Source: Chthoniobacterales bacterium (lineage in GTDB: Bacteria; Verrucomicrobiota; Verrucomicrobiia; Chthoniobacterales; JACTMZ01). Taken from it: a stretch of 64,000 bases of DNA. This document shows positions 56,625-64,000 of the stretch, in pieces. The DNA is taken from NCBI GenBank assembly GCA_021463515.1, contig JAJTYZ010000041.1, positions 24,642 through 88,641 on the forward strand. The letters are read 5' to 3'. Both the position numbers and the translations under genes were made by a program. Every line of letters begins with the position of its first letter. Within the stretch, counting starts at the first letter, position 1. The notes beneath the pieces are model-generated. The model was not told where the DNA came from and made no database searches. It saw nothing but the letters and a program-made list of their open reading frames with translations.

Positions 56625-57034
56625 TGATTTACCCATAAGACAGCGGGGTTGTTATTGCTAGAGGACCAGCTGGAAAATTGCAATTTGGCGTTGGCGGCAC
56701 TGAGAGCCGCACTAGAAACATTGTCGCCGGTTCCGGAAAGTGCGGCATAGGTGGCAGGTTGAAGATAAGACTGGAGCAGAGCCAACTTGTTGCCCGTGTA
56801 AGCAGAGCGGGCTTGCGCCAAACCGCCCGGCCCGCTGGCTTGTGCAGAAATCCAGCTTCCGAGGGCGGTTTGCAGCTCTACTTGCTGCTGACGCGCTGTA
56901 GAGACATAGGCGGCACCTCGGATGTTGGCAATTTGAGGAATCACCAACGTGGCGAGAATGGCAATGACGGCAATGACGACAAGGATTTCCACTAGGGAAA
57001 ATGCCTGCTTGTTTATTGGGGATGCGGCTTTCAT
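56621..57034 (-). CDS. small type IV pilin-like protein
   Basis: MKAASPINKQA-FSLVEILVVIAVIAILATLVIPQ. 137 aa from the ATG at 57034. Confidence 0.8.
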   Translation of the reverse strand: MKAASPINKQAFSLVEILVVIAVIAILATLVIPQIANIRGAAYVSTARQQQVELQTALGSWISAQASGPGGLAQARSAYTGNKLALLQSYLQPATYAALSGTGDNVSSAALSAANAKLQFSSWSSSNNNPAVLWVNQ

Positions 57035-57165
57035 TGCTTTGTGTACGACGAAGAAGCGTGAGAAGTCCGCGCTTCTTTCGCTATGCCGTAATGTATTCAT
57101 CGAAGGCGTGGGTGCAAGTCGCAACTCCGAGACGAATGGAAAAAGGATGAGGATGTTCTTAAGCC

Positions 57166-57723
57166 TTAATTTTGCGAACTATCATCGGGTGCTTCGGCGA
57201 GAAGGCGGTACATGGGGCCGAGGTTATTCATAATGCGATGCCACGTTGAGTCATCCACATCGCGGCGTAGCAAGTCAGGGTGCGGGTGCATGACGAGCCA
57301 TGAGTTAAAAGCAATTTCCTGTTCGAGTTGATTTTTTGACCATCCTGCGTAGCCAAGAAATATACGGAGGTGGCCTTTATCTTCTTCGGGGAATTGAAAA
57401 TTTCCTTTGGGCGGCATAAGAGTCTCGAAGTGACAGGAGTTGGTTTGGGGATTCCAATTGAGACTGGCAACGAGGACATGGTTATTTTGAACAGGGCCTC
57501 CCTCAAAAATTGGAACGTTGGCAACTTTTTGCAACGCAGAGTTCATATTCCAATCGTCGACTTTCTTGCCGAGGGGCCGATTAAGAATGAAGCCTACGGA
57601 GCCATCATTGGTGCTGTGGTGTGCGAGGTAGAGGATGGTATGACGAAAATTCGGATCGGACATCCTCGGATGCGCGACGAGGAATGCTCCGCTGAGATTC
57701 CCTGCGTGAGGAGCTCCCTTCAT
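57166..57723 (-). CDS. YqgE/AlgH-family protein (UPF0301)
   Basis: LVAHPRMSDPNFRHTILYLAHHSTNDGSVGFILNRP and a GYAGWSKNQLEQEI motif. Confidence 0.88.
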   Translation of the reverse strand: MKGAPHAGNLSGAFLVAHPRMSDPNFRHTILYLAHHSTNDGSVGFILNRPLGKKVDDWNMNSALQKVANVPIFEGGPVQNNHVLVASLNWNPQTNSCHFETLMPPKGNFQFPEEDKGHLRIFLGYAGWSKNQLEQEIAFNSWLVMHPHPDLLRRDVDDSTWHRIMNNLGPMYRLLAEAPDDSSQN

Positions 57724-57735
57724 GATGACATCAAA

Positions 57736-59988
57736 TTACGATGCGTTTGGAGTTTCTGCAACTCCTCCCATGAGGGCACCGAGGGACGTGTTCCAACTTT
57801 CGGAAAGTTCTTGCAGTGGCCACACAAAAGATGAGGTGCGGATGCGGATTACTAATTGATCGCCGCCTGTGGTGCCGAGTTTATAGGCAGGAACTCGGCA
57901 GAGGGTGGTTAATTCTTGGAGGCGTTCTTCATCGGCAGGATTCACGGAAACAAGGATGCGCCCGGGTGCCTCATGGAAAAGCGATTCGTCGTCACGCCGG
58001 CCGTCATTGTGCAAAATAACATCCGCTCCAACGAGAGTCTCTCCCGAAAGGCAACACTCGGCTAACGCCACGGCAACACCACCTTCGGCGCAATCGTGGG
58101 CACTGCGAATCAGCCCGTCACGGATGGCGTCACGAAGAGTTTGGTGCAAGGTCACTTCGGCCGCTAAGTCGGTTTGAGGCGGACGTCCCTCTTTGCGTCC
58201 GTGAAGCAGGAGCAAAAATTGTGAGGCATCGAGCCCCGCCGCACGATCGCCTAGCAGCCAAATAGAATCTCCAGTGCCACGAAAACCCTGACGTGTAATG
58301 TGAGATTCGTGCTCGATAATGCCGACCATCGCGACGACAGGAGTTGGATCAATGGGGCCGGCTGGATTCTCGTTGTAGAGGCTGACGTTTCCGCCGGTAA
58401 CCGGCGTATCAAAGGCGCGGCAGGCTTCGGCCATGCCTTCGACGGCATCGCGTAATTGGCGGAAAATTTCCGGTTTGTGGGGATTTCCAAAGTTGAGGTT
58501 GTCCGTCGCCCCAAGAGGCACAGCGCCGGAGCACGCAAGATTGCGTGCTGCTTCCGCTACGCAGCGACGTCCGCCTTCGCGGGGATCGAGACGTGTGATG
58601 AGGCCATTGCCATCTACCGCTGCCGCAAAAAACTTTTCACATTCGCGTGCAAAGAAAACCGCAGCATCCGAGCCCGGGCCTACGACAGCTCCGTTGCGCA
58701 CCATGTGATCGTATTGCTCCCAAATCCAACGCTTGTTGGCCAGAGAAGGGTGTGAAAGTAAGCGTGGGAGAGCTGCAATGAGGTCTGTTTCTGGAACAGT
58801 GGTGATGTCGAGTGCTTCGGGTGGCGTCCAATCTGCAGCATCTCGATGATAGACGGGTGCTTCGTCGGTGAGAGCTGCAGCGGGGATTTCCGCCACGATG
58901 TTGCCCTTTTCGCGGATGCGCATGATACCATCATCCGTCACATGCCCAATGCACGCGTAGGGCAAATCCCATTTTTCAAAAATTTCTCTCACGCGATCTT
59001 CCTGACCTTTGTGAACAATGACGAGCATGCGTTCCTGCGATTCGCTAAGGAGAATCTCGTAGGGAGTCATGCCTTCCTCGCGCTTGGGAACGAGGTTGAG
59101 ATCGACGTCAATGCCGCTTCCTCCACGGCTGGCGGTTTCACAAGTGGAGCAGGTGAGGCCGGCAGCACCCATGTCTTGAATGCCGGCGACAGCACCGCTA
59201 GCAAGGAGATCAAGGCAGGCTTCGAGTAGAAGTTTTTCGCGGAAAGGATCGCCAACTTGTACCGCCGGGCGATCTTCTTTGGATTCCTCCGTAAGTTCTC
59301 GCGACGCAAAGGCTGCTCCCGCGAGGCCGTCACGACCGGTTTCGGCACCGACATAAAACACGGGATTGCCAATGCCGCGTGCAGCACCACGGGCAATTTC
59401 TTCGTGACGAAGAACGCCGAGGCAAAAGACGTTGACGAGAGGATTACCTGCGTAGGTTTCATCGAACCAGGTTTCTCCGCCGATCGTTGGAAGTCCGATG
59501 CAGTTGCCGTAGTGGGCAATTCCGGAAACGACGCCGGAAAAAAGCTGACGGTTTGTAGCTGCGTCGGGTGCGTGATTTTCAATGGGGCCAAAGCGGAGCG
59601 AATCGAGCAAAAAAATAGGCCGTGCGCCCATTGTGAAAATGTCACGAATAATGCCGCCTACGCCTGTGGCAGCTCCTTGGAAGGGTTCTACCGCACTGGG
59701 GTGATTGTGACTTTCGATTTTGAAAGCCACAGCCCAACCCTCGCCAACATCGAGTACGCCGGCGTTTTCTTCTCCGGCTTTGACGAGAATGCGCGGGCCG
59801 CTAGTTGGAAACTTTTTCAGCTCAGGTCGGGAGTTTTTATAGGAGCAATGCTCACTCCACATGACGGAAAAGATGCCGAGCTCGGTGAAATTGGGATCGC
59901 GCCCAAGGATGGTGCGGATGTGTTGGTATTCTTCCGGAGTGATACCGTGTTGGGCAATGACGTCCGGTGTAATCGCAGGGTCTTTCAT
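57736..59988 (-). CDS. purL: phosphoribosylformylglycinamidine synthase subunit PurL
   Basis: ATG at 59988 forms an ATGA overlap with purQ. Motifs [11 protein letters not shown] and [22 protein letters not shown]. Confidence 0.96.
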   Translation of the reverse strand: MKDPAITPDVIAQHGITPEEYQHIRTILGRDPNFTELGIFSVMWSEHCSYKNSRPELKKFPTSGPRILVKAGEENAGVLDVGEGWAVAFKIESHNHPSAVEPFQGAATGVGGIIRDIFTMGARPIFLLDSLRFGPIENHAPDAATNRQLFSGVVSGIAHYGNCIGLPTIGGETWFDETYAGNPLVNVFCLGVLRHEEIARGAARGIGNPVFYVGAETGRDGLAGAAFASRELTEESKEDRPAVQVGDPFREKLLLEACLDLLASGAVAGIQDMGAAGLTCSTCETASRGGSGIDVDLNLVPKREEGMTPYEILLSESQERMLVIVHKGQEDRVREIFEKWDLPYACIGHVTDDGIMRIREKGNIVAEIPAAALTDEAPVYHRDAADWTPPEALDITTVPETDLIAALPRLLSHPSLANKRWIWEQYDHMVRNGAVVGPGSDAAVFFARECEKFFAAAVDGNGLITRLDPREGGRRCVAEAARNLACSGAVPLGATDNLNFGNPHKPEIFRQLRDAVEGMAEACRAFDTPVTGGNVSLYNENPAGPIDPTPVVAMVGIIEHESHITRQGFRGTGDSIWLLGDRAAGLDASQFLLLLHGRKEGRPPQTDLAAEVTLHQTLRDAIRDGLIRSAHDCAEGGVAVALAECCLSGETLVGADVILHNDGRRDDESLFHEAPGRILVSVNPADEERLQELTTLCRVPAYKLGTTGGDQLVIRIRTSSFVWPLQELSESWNTSLGALMGGVAETPNAS

Positions 59989-60686
59989 GAAGCAGAATGG
60001 AGAGCAAATTCGATGAGGCTGGCGAAGACGAGGCGTCCGTCGTCGCTGCCAAGGCGTGATTCGCAAGCACGTTCGGGGTGGGGCATGAGGCCGAGAACGT
60101 TGCCATTTTCATTGATGATGCCGGCAATGTTTCGGACTGAGCCGTTGGGATTGGCGTCTTCGGTAATCGCGCCATCTTCGGTGCAATAGCGGAAGGCCAC
60201 ACGTCCGTTTTGTTCGAGGGTGTCGAGGGTATCATTGTCGGCAAAATAGCATCCTTCGCCGTGGGCAATAGGAATACGCAGAATTTGCCCGATCGTTCCT
60301 TGCCGCGTGAAGGGCGTTGTGTTGTTTTCAAGCCGCAGATGAACGTGACGACAAATGAAATGCAGTTTGCGATTGCGAACGAGCGCCCCTGGGAGGAGTC
60401 CCGATTCGCAGAGGATTTGGAATCCATTGCAAACACCGAGGATAGGCGTCCCTTTTTGAGCGGCCTCGCGGACAGCGGTCATGACAGGGGAGTAACGAGC
60501 AATGGCACCACAGCGTAGATAATCACCGAAGGAAAATCCACCAGGGATGACGATCACATCATAACCGGCAACTGATGTTTCTTTGTGCCATACGGGTTCG
60601 GCGGTGACTTCGAAAGTGTCACGCAAGGTGCGCAAACAGTCCTGATCACAGTTGGAGCCGGGAAAACGTAAAACAGCGAATTTCAT
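59985..60686 (-). CDS. purQ: phosphoribosylformylglycinamidine synthase subunit PurQ (glutaminase)
   Basis: Starts [16 protein letters not shown]. Motifs [22 protein letters not shown] and MPHPER. ATG at 60686 overlaps the purS stop. Confidence 0.96.
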   Translation of the reverse strand: MKFAVLRFPGSNCDQDCLRTLRDTFEVTAEPVWHKETSVAGYDVIVIPGGFSFGDYLRCGAIARYSPVMTAVREAAQKGTPILGVCNGFQILCESGLLPGALVRNRKLHFICRHVHLRLENNTTPFTRQGTIGQILRIPIAHGEGCYFADNDTLDTLEQNGRVAFRYCTEDGAITEDANPNGSVRNIAGIINENGNVLGLMPHPERACESRLGSDDGRLVFASLIEFALHSAS

Positions 60687-60922
60687 GATTCGACGATTTC
60701 GAAGGTGTAGTCCTCGATGACAGGGTTGGAGAGGAGATCGCGGCAAATGGCGTGGAGTTTATCTTCGTCAGGGCGTTCGCCGGGTGATTCGATTTCGATA
60801 ATTTTTCCCACGCGAACACGCCCCGGGTTTTTCCAACCGAGGTGCTGCATGGCGTCGGCAGTAGCGACGCCCTGCGGATCGAGCACGGATGGTTTAGGTA
60901 GGACGGTGACGCGAATTTTCAT
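60683..60922 (-). CDS. purS: phosphoribosylformylglycinamidine synthase subunit PurS
   Basis: 79 aa, starting MKIRVTVLPKPSVLDPQG, upstream of purQ and purL. Confidence 0.92.
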   Translation of the reverse strand: MKIRVTVLPKPSVLDPQGVATADAMQHLGWKNPGRVRVGKIIEIESPGERPDEDKLHAICRDLLSNPVIEDYTFEIVES

Positions 60923-60966
60923 AAAGGGTGATGATAATGAGAGATGCTTATGAAATAAAGGGAGGA

Positions 60967-62568
60967 TTATGGAGAGGCGGTTTGGCGCGGGCGAATGATG
61001 TTTACGGTGAGGGCGACGAGGGTAAGGATGAGGCAGAAATTTGAAAAGAGGTCGCCGTAGAGCATGTAAAACGTTTGCGGAGGAGAAACAGGAACCTCAA
61101 TTTCTGCCAACAGTACGCCTTCGGCGAAGGTGTCGCCTTCCGCTGTTTGCAAGGTTTGACGCACACGTCCGAAGGAATCAATGGCGCAGGTTAAGCCCGT
61201 GTTCGCAGCGCGGATCATAGGGCGACGAGTTTCCGCACAGCGAAACACGGCGTGTGCGGCATGTTGCTCGGAACCCGCACTGCGCTTAAACCAACCGTCG
61301 TTGGTGACATTGACAAACATCTGCGCTCCCGCGTTGGCCGCCTGACGTCCGAGTGTGCCGAGGGTGTCCTCAAAGCAAATAAGCGGAGCGAGGGCGACGT
61401 GTGGGGTGAGGATGTGAAAAATGACGGGGCCATCGCCGGCATCGAAATCTGCAGGCACTAAATCGCCAACTAAGATAGCAAAGAGCGGAAAACTTTCGCG
61501 AAATGGAATATATTCGCCAAACATGACAAGATGAGTTTTGGGGTAAACTTGCGGTTCAGCTTCGGGGCCGAGGAGCATGAGTGCCGCGTTGTAATCAGCT
61601 TCGTGACTGAGGATAAGGCTTCCCAAAAGGAGCGCAAAATTCCCGCGTGCCGCTTGTGTTTTGACGAATTGGTTTGCGATACGGTCTTCAAAAAAACCAC
61701 GTGGAATTGCAGCTTCCGGCCAGACAATAAGCTCGGGTTGCAAAGCCACTGAGGCATCGGTGAGGCGTTCGAGAGTGGAATAAATTCGTTGCTCGAAGGC
61801 AGGATTCCATTTTTCTTCCTGGGGAATGGAAGGCTGCACCGCTGCGACGCGAAGAGGAAATGTTTCGGTGGTATGGTGGAGTTCACGAAGCCCAAAGACA
61901 AAGGCGAGCACGATGAGCGCGAGTGTGAGGGTAAAGTCAAAATGCGCACGAATTTTTCCTCCTCGTGCTTCGATGGCAAGTCGGCGAACCGTCGCAACGG
62001 CAATGGATGACGAGAGAATAGCTAAAAATGAAAGGCCACCGACGCCGGTGAGGGAAGAGAGCTGAAGTAGCGGGATATTGGTGTGGAGAGCGATGCCGAG
62101 GGAGTTCCAGCCGAAGCCGGTAAAAACTTGTCCGCGCAACAGCTCTAAGGCAACCCATCCGGCGGCTGCGATGAACCCCACACGCAGATTGTTCCAGGAA
62201 CTGAGCCAAATGGAGGTTGGGGCTTGGGGGCGATCATGTGGAGTGGCGGCGACATAGACAAAACCTGCCCACACGGCAGGGTAGAGCGCGAGGTAGAGGC
62301 AAAGGATAAACCATCCCGCAGCGGTCACGGTGGTGAGCCAAGAGAGAGTTCCGAGAAAATAAATGAGACCCGTCACATAGCCATAGGCCGCTTTGGTGAG
62401 GAGAGGATGACGCGGGGTGGTCGGAGCAAACCAAAGGGCGACGAAGAGCGGCGAGAGTGCAATCCAGACGAGCCATGCTTGATTAAAGGGGGCAAAGCAT
62501 AGGACAAGGAGGAGTCCACTTAAGATGACGCAGGCCCATGGCCAGATGACAGAAAAACGAGATGACAC
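60967..62568 (-). CDS. lnt: apolipoprotein N-acyltransferase
   Basis: 533 aa. Multi-TM N-terminus plus a C-terminal CN-hydrolase domain (VVWPEAAIP, ...PLICFEDT...). Confidence 0.9.
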   Translation of the reverse strand: MSSRFSVIWPWACVILSGLLLVLCFAPFNQAWLVWIALSPLFVALWFAPTTPRHPLLTKAAYGYVTGLIYFLGTLSWLTTVTAAGWFILCLYLALYPAVWAGFVYVAATPHDRPQAPTSIWLSSWNNLRVGFIAAAGWVALELLRGQVFTGFGWNSLGIALHTNIPLLQLSSLTGVGGLSFLAILSSSIAVATVRRLAIEARGGKIRAHFDFTLTLALIVLAFVFGLRELHHTTETFPLRVAAVQPSIPQEEKWNPAFEQRIYSTLERLTDASVALQPELIVWPEAAIPRGFFEDRIANQFVKTQAARGNFALLLGSLILSHEADYNAALMLLGPEAEPQVYPKTHLVMFGEYIPFRESFPLFAILVGDLVPADFDAGDGPVIFHILTPHVALAPLICFEDTLGTLGRQAANAGAQMFVNVTNDGWFKRSAGSEQHAAHAVFRCAETRRPMIRAANTGLTCAIDSFGRVRQTLQTAEGDTFAEGVLLAEIEVPVSPPQTFYMLYGDLFSNFCLILTLVALTVNIIRPRQTASP

Positions 62569-62621
62569 AACGGAAGTATTCTTGGTGAACTAGTTTAGCA
62601 AGATAAGCGGTACATCGAATG

Positions 62622-64000
62622 TCATTTTCCTCCGAACGAACAAACTTTGAGAATGGTCTTTAAAAGAATCTCAATGTCGAGAATAAGGGAGTAGTTTTTG
62701 ATGTAATATAAGTCGTAACGGAGTTTTTCTACGGCATCGTCAAGGCCCGATCCGTAACCATAGTTCACCTGCGCCCAGCCGGTAATGCCGGGTTTCACAA
62801 GGTGCCGCAAATGGTAGCTAGGTATTTCTTTTTCGTAATTGGCAACAATGCGTGACCATTCCGCACGGGGGCCGACGAAGCTCATTTCACCACGAAGAAC
62901 ATTGAAAATTTGCGGTAATTCATCGAGTCGTGTGAGCCGTAGAAATCGCCCAATGCGTGTGATGCGTTGGTCCTTGTCCCGCGTGTAAGGATCATCCTCC
63001 TCCTCACGCACGCGCATGCTGCGGAACTTGAGGAGGGTGAACCGGCTTTCTCCGCAGCCTACGCGTTCTTGTCGGTAGAGCACCGGAAACCCCGCATCTA
63101 GGGCGATCACGAGTGCGACCAAAAGCATGAGCGGAAGGGCGAGGGGAAGAAGAAGAATGGCGAGAGTGTAGTCTATACAAATTTTAAGATAGCGATGGGC
63201 GGAATGACGGGTGAGAAGAAAGTTTTGTCGAATGGCCCAGGAGTGATCGAGATGATGGATAGGTTCTTTACGCCAAATTTCGCTAAAAAAAGTTTCCTCG
63301 GCATAAACGGGAACGCGGAGAAAATGCAAGCGAGCCAACTTTTCTAGCAACGCCGGAGGATAGGTTTCGGGGTTATCTGTCAAAACAACGCCTTCCAAAT
63401 CGGGCATTTCTTCGGGGACTTCAGTCGTGGGCTCGGCGATAAGGGGTAACTCGATATTGCGTGGAGCCACCCGACGCGAGGAAAGGGGAGTGGAACGGGT
63501 TGAATTATAGGAAAATTCACGAACAACGCATAGGTCGTTGTCCGTCATTATCACTGGATGGTGAAAGCGCGTTTGGTGGCAGTGCGCTTCAAATTTTTCC
63601 AATCCCGCAGGGGTCCCAATCGCCAAAAACGGAATGTTGCGGGCGCGATACATCCAGATTGTTGCTGCCAGCACGCGAAGTCCGAGAGCGGGTACCGCGT
63701 AGCCGATGGTTGTGTAAAACAACACCACACGGCTCTGGGCTGCGTAAAAATCACCGGCGGAGAAAAACACAAAGAGAACAAAAGTCCCGGTAGCCGCACC
63801 GAGCAAAACAGCTAAAATAAACTCCGCCGCAAAGTGCAGACGCTGAAATGTCCGACGTTCTTTGTATCCGCCAATGAGGGCTACCGCCGCAAGGATGCAG
63901 CCAAAAAAGGCGCTGATTTGCATCAGATAGGCTGCGGACATGCTGATGTGTTGGTTCACACGAATTTGACGGCTCACAAAATACGCAATGCTAATGAGCA
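62622..64000 (-). CDS. polyprenyl-phosphate sugar phosphotransferase (bacterial sugar transferase family), 5' end outside window
   Basis: C-terminal motif GRFLRLTRLDELPQIFNVLRGEMSFVGPRAEW. The frame is open from the ORF-track GTG (63977) to the window end, so the N-terminus is probably truncated. Confidence 0.88.
   Translation of the reverse strand, partial: LISIAYFVSRQIRVNQHISMSAAYLMQISAFFGCILAAVALIGGYKERRTFQRLHFAAEFILAVLLGAATGTFVLFVFFSAGDFYAAQSRVVLFYTTIGYAVPALGLRVLAATIWMYRARNIPFLAIGTPAGLEKFEAHCHQTRFHHPVIMTDNDLCVVREFSYNSTRSTPLSSRRVAPRNIELPLIAEPTTEVPEEMPDLEGVVLTDNPETYPPALLEKLARLHFLRVPVYAEETFFSEIWRKEPIHHLDHSWAIRQNFLLTRHSAHRYLKICIDYTLAILLLPLALPLMLLVALVIALDAGFPVLYRQERVGCGESRFTLLKFRSMRVREEEDDPYTRDKDQRITRIGRFLRLTRLDELPQIFNVLRGEMSFVGPRAEWSRIVANYEKEIPSYHLRHLVKPGITGWAQVNYGYGSGLDDAVEKLRYDLYYIKNYSLILDIEILLKTILKVCSFGGK

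Noticed and set aside
1-64000. Looked for CRISPR arrays, rRNA genes, IS elements/transposases, integrases, phage modules, and known defence-system hallmarks (Cas, restriction-modification, reverse transcriptase, large ATPase/nuclease pairs).
   Set aside because: None seen. The only repeats are the 16-bp duplication, the heptamer arrays and the shared 16-nt motif. The only selfish-element-like content is two vapBC modules and the four-helix-bundle cassette.

Overview
This 64-kb chromosomal segment is gene-dense, with about 64 protein genes and one tRNA. It probably comes from a Verrucomicrobiota/PVC-type bacterium. That origin is an inference from PEP-CTERM anchors, an autotransporter-associated beta-strand-repeat protein, many prepilin-type 'AFSLVE' N-termini, and an H-X9-DG/DUF1559-like protein. 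All family calls come from reading motifs in the supplied translations by eye; no searches were run.

The housekeeping backbone is:
- ClC channel (partial), rluA-like, guaA, coaD, yceD-rpmF-plsX-fabH, tatD-like
- gcvT-gcvH-gcvP, cyclophilin, tRNA-Leu(GAG), tkt, mscL, panD
- sdhC-sdhA-sdhB, terC, rlpA, yqgE, purS-purQ-purL, lnt, and a partial sugar transferase

The accessory or unusual content is:
1. 7.6-15.8 kb: a translationally coupled type IV pilus/T2SS-like operon. It has PilM/N/O/P-position genes, three pseudopilins, GspF/PilC and a terminal orphan HisKA_3 kinase, but no ATPase, peptidase or secretin in the window.
2. 26.7-41.9 kb: two glycan-utilisation-like operons, each headed by the same 16-nt motif. 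They encode GH42-like enzymes, LamG/PEP-CTERM proteins, a prepilin-like DUF1559-like protein and a GntR/LacI hybrid regulator.
3. The junction between those two operons holds three adjacent inactivated genes: a frameshifted sugar-phosphate isomerase, a metallophosphoesterase broken by a 16-bp tandem duplication, and a vapC toxin with a stop plus a frameshift beside an intact antitoxin.
4. 49.05-49.52 kb: a four-helix-bundle (23S-rRNA-IVS/Avd-like) gene cassette flanked by inverted arrays of a GTTGAGA heptamer, sitting between sdhA and sdhB.
5. A GT4-fusion/GH130 gene pair, an intact vapBC, and two orphan small pilin genes.

I saw no CRISPR array, transposase, integrase, phage genes or rRNA.
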